From Macrostomum hystrix (lineage: Eukaryota > Animalia > Platyhelminthes): a DNA stretch of 64,000 nucleotides. This document shows positions 12,601 through 21,200 of the stretch, in pieces (position 1 is the first letter of the stretch; each line of letters starts with the position of its first letter). The notes below the pieces were generated by a model that saw only the letters and a list, made by a program, of their open reading frames with translations, was not told the DNA's origin and ran no database searches. A program made the position numbers and the translations under genes. The stretch is taken from contig CATNEN010000001.1 of assembly GCA_950097015.1 (NCBI GenBank), positions 16,058,001-16,122,000 of the forward strand, written 5' to 3'.

Positions 12601-12768
12601 GGGCAAGCGGCCGATCCTGGCGGCGACGCGGTGGCCTTCTGGCCCGAGCTGCAGGCAGACGAGGTACACGAGGAGCCGCCGGCGGCACCGGCCGAGCCGG
12701 TCATTGTTCCGCGGCGATCGGCTAGAGAGCGGCGGCCACCGGATTTGTACATGGCGGGCTTTGCTTGA
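9640..12768 (+). CDS. pol: Gypsy Pol: reverse transcriptase, RNase H, integrase
   Basis: RLCTDWRQLN, MGFGMCNAPATFQR, YIDD, CDSSQFAVGAVL, HHCC zinc finger, DIKGP/SDQGRQF/VERGNR (DDE) and KWKGPY. The frame is open upstream to the junction at about 9600. Confidence 0.96.
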   Translation: MKSTAILPARVLAVSDGCRIPVKMCNLAEEPVLLYANKAVGTFEGAMTDEDGRQEAAHETPVGWNINAELPERDAARLRQLLERNEDLFARHEYDLGTTALLQHQIELVPGARPHRQVQRRLPLSVRDQVDKKIGQMLDSGIIEPSTSPWASNLLVVRKKDGDIRLCTDWRQLNACTVRDAYPLPHLQQAMDALVGCSWFSTIDCRQGYHQVEVAEEDRHKTAFYSTRGLMQFCKMGFGMCNAPATFQRLMELVMSGLSWESVLTYIDDIIVFSRTFDDHLERLAEVFKRLRDAGLKLHKAKSAFGHRRVLYLGHLISEQGIAPDPGKVEAIRSMPSPTTTEEVKRFLGMLGFYRRFIPGFSQTARVLHDVSVKSRDFEWSSDCERAFHELKDQLTTAPVLRLPDFTKQFVLSCDSSQFAVGAVLSQLHGDAELPVAFASRTLNKAERNYSATDRELLALVWSLKHFRTYLLSVPNFRVYSDHRPLQGLLTTKDPEGRLARWLSTLQQFSFELLYRPGRDNVVPDALSRVAGTRLQPRWDDSSLHEEQRQDPLLSKAFQALTEGVDSLSDSWAAQVRELLDGASVSSAGVLLVGGRPVIPGHLRPHFLQQAHSCDQSGHLGVDRTGARLSERCWWPGLRRDVENWVASCAVCLAKKSPTKPQKAPLQSTCQPTAPWQLVQIDIKGPLPRTTDGKAYILSMCDAFSKWMETAALAGIDAVTVADALLKSVVLRHGAPQVLHSDQGRQFESEVFGRLCEQLGVEKTRTSPFHPSGNGIVERGNRTLGDMLATTVAENQQDWDSKLPYVTWAYNTSVHSTTGLSPYQVLHGWPPRLALDSWLISSDRPAADGEHHGFLRRTQENLQSAFDTVHSRLRSAQVERNRLANRDSRFVPFEEGQLVMLRNSVIKRGQTRCLSAKWKGPYRVLRRLGEVNYRIQDETGRRRRLVVHHDRLKRFVQRRASLELPAAADRRPPAADADNDGTAAEPPGQAADPGGDAVAFWPELQADEVHEEPPAAPAEPVIVPRRSARERRPPDLYMAGFA

Positions 12769-12803
12769 CTTGGGACTGTCTTTTGCTTCTAGGGGGAAAG
12801 TAG

Positions 12804-12999
12804 TGTAGTCTGGCTTGTTGGTGCGCGTGCACTTAGATGTGCACGCGCGGCTTGTTTGGGGTGGGGGGTTTAGCGCTGCAGCGTGCGTTCGCTTAGGGTG
12901 GTTGCACCCACCCCAACTTTGCCGTAAATATATTTGCGTGAGCCAGTGAGGGCTCCTTGCGTGATTGTTATGTTCTACAACTTAACCCACGGTCTTACA
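12804..12999 (+). repeat. 3' LTR of the nested Gypsy (ends at 12979 or 12999)
   Basis: Follows the PPT and starts TGTAG. Candidate ends are CTACA (12979) and TTACA (12999). Confidence 0.65.
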
Positions 13000-13499
13000 G
13001 TTGTATTAATGGCGAGTATACGTTCCTTGAGGTCCCAATTTAATAAAACATTTCTGGGCCTCTCCGGGTAATAATATGAATTGAATCATAGCGTTGTGAT
13101 GGCTATAGCAATGTGGCATGCGGTTATAACGTGATGTGTTCTGATTTGGTTGTGTCTATTTTATTTGTGTCAGTTTTGGTTCTTGAATATGATGTGTTTG
13201 TCGCCTGTGTCCTGTGTTTACTGAGGCCATGGTTGGTCTAATCCAATCTGGGCATGTGACTTCCGTGGGGTCTGGTGTACTTTAGGTCTCGAAGATGGCT
13301 CGGGGCACTGATGACTTTATTGTTCATTTCTCGTGATGTACTCTATGGCCCCCTTCCCCGCGGCGGAGGGGTGGCTGTAAATTTCACTTTCGAGTCCCCG
13401 TGCCTTCTGGGCTATATCAATTCCTCACTGGGGCTCCCTGCCCTTTCGAAAGTAACCGTTTTCGTTTTGTCTATCGTCGTCTCATCTAATTTTCTCATT

Positions 13500-13748
13500 A
13501 TGTCGCGGTACGAGTTGTCCCAACTTGCTGACTTAATTGCCCTTCTGGAGACGCGTGTCAGTCACCTGGAGGCTCGTCTAACCGCTGAAGCGTCCCGCAC
13601 TGCCTCTCTTGAGGGCGGATTGGTACTTCTTCGTGGATTGTCTAGCGGCGTGGGGGCCGGTGGTCTGGTGCTGGTAGTTCTGTTGGTTCTCCTACTACTT
13701 TTATGCTGCCAGCGACGCCGGGGCCCCTTGGCCGAATCCTCTGCCTGA
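13500..13748 (+). CDS. Small antisense membrane protein (82 aa): coiled coil, TM, CC, basic patch
   Basis: MSRYELSQLADLIALLETRVSHLEARL (heptads) ... GLVLVVLLVLLLLL-CC-QRRR. Confidence 0.5.
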   Translation: MSRYELSQLADLIALLETRVSHLEARLTAEASRTASLEGGLVLLRGLSSGVGAGGLVLVVLLVLLLLLCCQRRRGPLAESSA

Positions 13749-14279
13749 TCCTCTGATTGTTTTTAATGACTTCGCGCCCAACGGACGCTTTAATATCTAA
13801 CTACTTGCTAGCTTTTTTTCGTGTGTCTGTTTACTTGCTTTCTTGTTATGCCAATTTTCTTTTCTTGTATGATTTCTTGTTGTTGTTTTTTTCTTTAAAT
13901 GTATCGCCATTGATAATTAATGTTGAGTGGATTTTCTTTGTGGAGTGATAGTGGTGCTAGTGTGTGTATAATAAAATAGTGAGTGCGTGATCATGGAATT
14001 CGATGAAGCCTTGCCTTTGTACTTCTTCGGTATTTGAAGCTTGAATTCACTTTGATTGACGGGCCTGGCTTCCCCTAGTTCACTGGTCCGATTGTTCGAG
14101 ATGTGAATCGCCTCCCGAATTTCTTTTTGTGAACTGGGTTCTGCTTTAAGGATTGCACATTGAGTGAGAGTGCCACGAGGACAGGACGTCCAATCGAATC
14201 GTCTTTTCTATCCTATCGTTGCGTCAGTGTCTCAGCTCTCGTGTCTCCTTATGTCCTAACACTTCCGGTCCCTAAGCTC

Positions 14280-15044
14280 CTACTGAGAAGCGGTGGCTTG
14301 CGGGGCTTCCAGTGCCATTTTTAGTTGCGGCCACTGGAGCAGCGCCGGTGAATACGCGTGGATTACTCGCTTCTCCGTTTCCTGGTTGCTGACACGAATT
14401 CCATGATTATCCAACGCTTTACACAGATGCTTAGCTAACGTGGTGCATATCGCATTGGGTGGTGGGCCCCACGGATGAATCAGATTTATAGCTAGATTAT
14501 GGCAGAGAACCTTGATTATGACACAGGTAAAAGCGGCTTGTTCCCCGTAGTAAAAGAAAATTGTTGTTCGGTTACGGAGAATGCTATAGTCCGAGTGGAG
14601 CCAGAGTGGATTATTTTCATCGGCCAGGATGCGCTCCGTCGTTAAGTGTGTCACTACATTAGCTGGGATTCGTGACGCATCCAGCATGTCCATGTGAATG
14701 TCAAATAGTTTCATCTCACCATGCCGATTGGGCTTGCTCTGGATGGACTGTCTGTCCATAAGGTTGTGCAGCATCGCGAATGACAGGTCTTTTTCTTCCC
14801 GTCTGCAGCTGTCCCTCAGTACTATTGGGCACGGCGATCGTCCGTGTCTAGTTCTTCTGATCTCCCATTGGACTCGGAGATGTCGCCGTTGCTGTTCAGT
14901 GGCTGCGCTGTTCCTAATGTTCCTCTCCTTCCCGACTGCCGTGTTTGGTTCTGCCGATGCAAACAATGGCTTGACCAATGTGTAGGTCGTAAGCGGCTCA
15001 TCGATGGTGCAATCATCCACTGTGTCTAGCTCCGTCGAATACAT
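14280..15044 (-). CDS. Accessory ORF downstream of integrase (254 aa, unknown function)
   Basis: ATG-initiated, non-repetitive, globular-looking ORF about 170 nt after the pol stop. No signal peptide and no recognised motif. Confidence 0.6.
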   Translation of the reverse strand: MYSTELDTVDDCTIDEPLTTYTLVKPLFASAEPNTAVGKERNIRNSAATEQQRRHLRVQWEIRRTRHGRSPCPIVLRDSCRREEKDLSFAMLHNLMDRQSIQSKPNRHGEMKLFDIHMDMLDASRIPANVVTHLTTERILADENNPLWLHSDYSILRNRTTIFFYYGEQAAFTCVIIKVLCHNLAINLIHPWGPPPNAICTTLAKHLCKALDNHGIRVSNQETEKRVIHAYSPALLQWPQLKMALEAPQATASQ

Positions 15045-15210
15045 CTGATTGTTCGAGGGTGGGTTGAATATCTGTGAGTGAATAAATGGTGACTAGTGAT
15101 GAGTAATATAAAATATATAATTCTAAATATCAGAGCGCACACCAACAAGGTAATAAATAGTTAAAATGTAAAATGGTCCGTCTACTTCCTCCCTTCCTTG
15201 ACCTCAGCTA

Positions 15211-18176
15211 TCAAGGAAGTTTCACTTTGTTCCTCAGATTGTATTTCTTCCGAGCCGTGTCCGCCTGCGCGTCCAGCTCCTCTGCCTGCACGCTCACTTC
15301 CTTGGTGAATCGCTGCCTTGGCTGTCGCTGGTGGCGCTGTGGGTCGCTCGGTCTGAGGTCAGGAAGCATCACATGTGGTGTTGACGTGGCCATTGGTTTC
15401 AGCCTGTCGGTGTGCACTTGAAAGGACTCCTGATTTGGGTCGTCGATTTTCCGGATTGTGACTAAAGTCTGGCTGCTCCTCTTCACAATCTCGTAGGGTC
15501 CTGTAAATTTTGCCTGGTGCTTTTCCTGTCTCATGGGGATCTGTAGCATAACTCTGCTGCCTACTTCCAATGTAGTCAGCTTGCGATTAGCATTAGCTTT
15601 TCCGGTATTCTTCTCTTGAGCTATCTGCAGGTGATGTCTCGCTATTTCCCTGGCTAGTACGACGGCTTCTTTCATCCTAGCTGCGAATGATGGCTCGTCC
15701 ATGTACTTACCAAGTTCAACTGAGTCGTGAGTTGAGTGGGCATCAGAGGTCTCCGGGCAAAGACTAACTCGAATGGAGAGTAGGTCGATGATGCTTGCTT
15801 TGCTGTGTTGTAGGCGAACACCGTTGCCTGCAGGTACTTGTGCCACTGGTCCGGATTCTCGGCTGTGTAGTGGCGTAACATGTTGTGGAGTGTAGAATGC
15901 AGTCGTTCCACATGATTCGCTCGAGGGTCATATGGGGATGTCAAGATATGTTTGATCCCCAGGATCTCAAAGGCTTCGGCTAGTAGAGTCGCAGTGAAGT
16001 TCTTTCCATTGTCCGTGGACATCTCCATCGGTATCCCAAAGGTACAGAACACTGTGAATAGTGTCTCTGCCGTCGTTTCAGCTGTAAGATCTGGGATCGG
16101 AATGGCGAATGCAAATTTCGAAAAACAACAAAGGATTGTGAGAATGTGTGTTACTGTTTCATTTCTCACTTTAGTGGGCACCATTGGACCCACTATGTCA
16201 ACCGACAATTTGTCCATTGGTCGCATTGGGACCTCTGAAAACTGGATCAGTCCCTTATGGGTTTTTCCTGATTTATACCTGGCGCACTCTATGCAGTTGT
16301 TACAGAATCCTCGGATGTCGGATACCATGGTAATCCAAAAGTAGTGTCTACGGATTCTCTCCAAGGTTTTTTCAAATCCTAGATGTGCCGCTAATGGCAA
16401 TGCATGTAGTGAGTTGCAAATGGTCTCACGATACTGAAACGGTAGGATGATCTGCTGTGTTTGATCCGCTGTTCTGTGTAGAACTCCTCCAATCTCCGCG
16501 TAGTCCGCCAGGTGTCTATCGATGTGGCGTCTGTACTTCGGAGCCAGTGATTCTACTGCGGATTCTCCGTTCCACATTGCTCGGATTTGCTGGCAAAATG
16601 GGTCTTCCGCCTGAGCGTCCTTAAGTGCTTGCAGGTGTGGGATTGGATGCGATATGGTAACATAATTGATTTGTTCCATTGGTTTCTCGTCGTATAATCT
16701 CGAGAGTGCGTCCGGTACTGCATGCGTGACTGATGCTCCAGGTACATATTCGATCTGTATCTGAAACTGCTGTAAGTATAGTAACCAACGCAAAATTTGG
16801 TTGTTCTGCAGTATTCTGCCTGTGAGTAAGCCTCTGAGTGCGGCGTGATCTACTCTCAGTAGTGTAGGTATGGGAGCGGCGTATAAGAACTGTTCGATGT
16901 TTCTGAATGCATGGTAGACTGCTAGAAGTTCGAGATGAGTGATTCCGTACCTCGTTTCTGCATCTCTGAGTTGTCTACTCGTGAATGCTATCGGTCTCTC
17001 CCGTCCCATCTCATATTTCTGCGAAAGCATCGCTCCTATTCCTTTAGTTGAGTCGTCACTCGAGACTATGAACTGTTTGTTGAAATCCGGGTGTGCTAGC
17101 CTGAGATCCTCGGCTATCCATTTCTTCATGGCCTCGAAAGTGTAGTCCGCTTCCTCGGTCCACTTTAGGTTGGTCTTCGTTGCTTGTCCTTTTGAGGTCT
17201 GTGCCCCTTTGAGCATATCCGTTAGCGGTTGTACTTTCTTAGCATAATGTGGGACATGCTTCCTAAAGAAATTACACAGTCCGAGGAATGCTCTTAACTG
17301 AGTCACATTATCAGGTTTGTTTACCTTCTGTACCTTGTCCACTAGAGTGCGATCTATCTGGATGCCGTTCTGGTCGATCTTGTGTCCCAGGAAGGTAATG
17401 CTGGGTTGCGCGAATCGACATTTCTGGAGTTTCAGCTTTAATCCGTGCTTTTTCAAGGCTTCCAAGGTACTTCTGAGTGTCTTGAGGTGGTGCTCGAACG
17501 TTGCCGTGAAAACTAGCAAATCGTCCACGTATGTAGAGACTCTCTCGATACCTTTGAGGATGATGCTGGCAGCCCTAGACAAAGCGGCCGGGCTCGACTG
17601 TAATCCCATCGGCGCCCTTAAGAAGACTAACGTTTCTCCGTCTGGTGTAGAAATCCCGCAGTACTTTCTACTGTCCTCGTGCAGGGCCACTTGAAAGAAT
17701 GCCTGGGCCATGTCTAGGTTCGTGAAGTACTTTGATCCTTTGAGTTTGGCCAGCAGATCTGGAATCCTGGGCATACACTGTCTCTCGGGGACCAACAATC
17801 GGTTCAAGTCCCTGAAGTCCACGCACAGGCGATACACCGGTTTGGCGTCTGGCGACTCCGATTTTTTCTTAACGAGGAGAATTGGTGAAATATACGGTGT
17901 CGGTGCTTTCATGAGAATCCCCTGCATCTCCATTCTGTCTATCACCTTCTTCAGTTCTCCTGTAAGCTGATGTGGAATCGGATATCTCTTATTCAGCTTC
18001 ACCTCCACATTCGGTTTTATGTGGAGTTCGTGTTTCGCTACTTCTGTAAAGCCTATCTCATCATCTGAGAGACAAAATGCTTCCTTGTTCTCCCAGAGGA
18101 TTTCTCTTAGTTGTTCTTTCTGCTCTGCTGTTATCTCGGCTCCCTGTAGATTAATCGATTCTCTAAATTGTCTCTG
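15211..18176 (-). pseudogene. pol: Pol (RT, RNase H, integrase) of the env-Gypsy element, frameshifted
   Basis: RLCVDFRDLN, PMGLQSSP, YVDD, RNase H DxSxxGIGAML, H-x-H/CxxC, DIVGP/TDNGKNF/VERLH. A frameshift near 15720 leads to the C-terminal KFTGPY segment (to 15211). The PR/RT junction is disrupted at about 18170-18215. Confidence 0.93.
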
Positions 18177-18211
18177 TCATTGCCGGTGCCTGTTCCTGAT
18201 TCACCGCTATT

Positions 18212-21200
18212 TCATATGTCTATCTCTGTCTCATACGAACCTATGGCTGTATCCGGGTACAGAGTGATCGGTCTGGCTGATTTGTTAAATATGAGGACGT
18301 GTACCTCTCCCTTCTCATCCGGATGGACTATCTCCTGAGTCAGACCTATCGCCTTCTTCTCGATGATACACCTGTCTGGCTCGAAAAGTACCGTGTCAGG
18401 CAGTTCCTCCTTTGAGTCGGTTCTGGCTGTAATTTGAGCTGTTTCCCATGGATTCAGGTTTACCACGGAAACTAGTCTGATCCTATTTGTGGCTTCTTGG
18501 GCAGCGACTGTCATGATTTCATACGATCTGCCATTTAACTGCATCTGTTGCTGTTGGTAATTGATAGACATTCCCTCCTGCAACTGACTTAGGTAATCAA
18601 TTCCCAAGAGTGCATGGTATCTCCCAGAGCTCAAGTTAGGAATGACATGAAACTTAACGTTGACGATTGCGTTTCCTGCTTCGACTGGTAACGTGATCAT
18701 TCCGGATTGCGTGAGCTTTCCTCCGTGTACTCCTTGTAGCTCTGTCGTCGGCTTCTCGAAGCTGTCACTGTATCGGCGCGCCGTCACTTCGTCTATCAGC
18801 GACCTCTCTGCTCCGCTGTCTATCAGCGCTCTGCAGACTCGCGTGCCTATCTTCAGTCGCGTCACCGTGTATTTCTGGCCGTTCGTAATTGCTGCCACTA
18901 TCGGCTGTGGCCATGAGCTGATCGTCGGATAGATTGATGAAGCCAGTGGAGCAGACGGAGTCATCGGTTGATGCTGTTCCTTATTTGTGGCTGGTGCCTC
19001 TGGTGCTGGGCGGCGTGGGCCCGTGTGTCTGTAGTTAGTGTCCGTGCTTGGCTGTACTAACAATTCGTGTTGTTCTCGCGTGGCCTTTATCCGTCTTTGA
19101 ATTGCCCGAATTCCTGGTCGCTCGTACTTTTTCCGATAGAGCCTGTGACAAACCATTATGGTTTTGAGTGTGATGTAGCGGTATACACAGAGAGCGGCAG
19201 CTCCAACGGCTATGTTGAAAATATTGAGTTTTATGCCTATCCACGGCATCCAAGATGTGAAGTCATAAGTTTTGAGGGCTACGTTTGCTTCCAATGGTGG
19301 GAGGTCGAGCGTCTGTGAAGTCTTCTGCTTTGGTAGTTTAAATACCGTTCTCAGAAATTCTCTCTGGTCCTTTATCTGCATGTACAGATCGTGCACTGTA
19401 ATTGGCCTTCGGATTTCTTCTGTTTTAATATCTGTTTCTGGTGTAAAGATAATCCGTTTGATATTAGGTAATTTCATAGCCTCTATTCCCCAATCTTCGT
19501 TCTTCAATTTCTTTACCTGTATAAGTTCGAAGCTGGTGAAATTTGAGTCGACCTTGTACACTTTATCCTCTTTGGGTAAAAGGTATCCAGTTCGATTCGA
19601 GCAGTCCTGAAAGGTGGGATGCTCGGTCTCAATTTCCATAGTTCTTACGTCCAAAAATCCTGTACGGTTGGTCTCCGCTACTTTGTACTTCAACGGAGGT
19701 TTGGAGAAACATCGGCTTTGATTCCAGTGTGGTTGATGGAATTCGAAGTCGGTCACTGGGATGCATTTGAAGATTACGACATGCTGGGCTATTGTTCTGG
19801 CCTTGAGGTGCTTGTCTTTGAACAGTGTCCTCACCGCTAGTGTTGGTTGCATCCTTATGAAGTCTTTAATGTATCTAAAAATGGTCTGTTGGAGTCGGCA
19901 TTGTTGAAGGATTACATGACGAGTCAGATCACCAATTCTGTTTTCCATTGTAAGTTCAACGCTCTGTAATTTCACTGCTAGAGTTTCCTGTGATACCAAG
20001 TCTCTCTTTGCCCTCTTTGCTGTGCTAGAGTTATTAAAATTGCCTTGTACTATCGATAAGAATTCTGCTTCGAATCCTTCTAGTTTAACCAACTTTCCTT
20101 GTTCTGACCTGAATAGTTTAGTTGTCGTTCCTCCGCATTTCAGCTCCATTGAGTGTGGTGGGTGTTTAAAAGTCAAAGCGTAGGTAGCGTCCTTGGACAT
20201 GAACCATCCTGTGTGTATGGTTCCTTCAATTCGCCTGTCTTCCTGGTACGGGCAGTCAATTGCAGCGCTGGGTGTCCAGGCATATCTGTACTGGCGTTCT
20301 CCAGCGACCTTGAATGTTGTGTCGTAGTATCTCAGAGCTTCCCATAATTTATTGGGTACTTGTCTCTCCAACGGCGCATCCTTCTCGGCCTGTAGAGTGG
20401 ACTCGTGAAGACATTTTCCTATGGTGTAATTGCAATGTCCTAGTGGGATATATAGCGATGACATTTTCTTATTCTCCACGAAGAACGGAATTTTCGTTAT
20501 CAGCGTGGACGCTGATTTCGTATATCTAGTTTGGGTACTAGCCGTTGGGTCGAATTCCTCTGTTGTCCAGATGTGAGTAGTAAAGCGTTCAGCTTTGTTC
20601 GGGGCTTTCCCATCTTCTTCAAGGATGCCATCTGGAGTTCGGTAACCTTCCTCCCAGGACTCACAATCTTCCTCTGAAACTAGATGTTTTTGCACCGTAA
20701 CAGTCATTTCTGGTCTTACCACTTTAGCGGCAATCGTTTTCAGTGCTACGCTGGTGAAGACGTACGTTTCTCGGTAACAGATCTTGAGTGTTGATCGGTG
20801 AGTGACCTGGTTTGGTCTAAAGATTGTCAGGTTGATCGGCTGTCGGTGCTGCTGTATGCTGCTAGGCATCTTGCACTCGATGTCCGGTGGCAGCTTGAAG
20901 ATCTGTGGCCTGGAGGGCTCCGGGCAGTACATCGGTGTGTCCACCCAGTTCTGGTGTCTTGGGTTTATCGCCTCCGCCGTGGTACAGAGCAATGCGAAGA
21001 GTAGTATTTTCAGCAGGAGTGCGCATGTCGGTCCGGCTGGGGCCTTCCAGCCTTCGCTAGCCTGTTTAGCCCTCTGCTCTCGCTTTCGTCCTTCGAGCTG
21101 TGGAGCGGTCTGAACTAGGGCGATTGTCGCCGTCTTGTTCTTCCTGTTCTGTCGTCTTGCCTGTATGACGTCGCTTCTCGCCCGTGTCGGCGTTGTCGCT

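Larger units (their letters stand above)
9598..12999 (+). mobile_element. Nested second Gypsy element, 5'-truncated (no 5' LTR, gag or protease)
   Basis: Abrupt switch to high GC at about 9600, intact RT-RH-IN, PPT AGGGGGAAAG and an LTR starting TGTAG at 12804. Confidence 0.9.

Noticed and set aside
9546-12808. Many overlapping alternative-frame and antisense ORFs across the nested pol
   Set aside because: Expected shadow ORFs of very GC-rich coding sequence.
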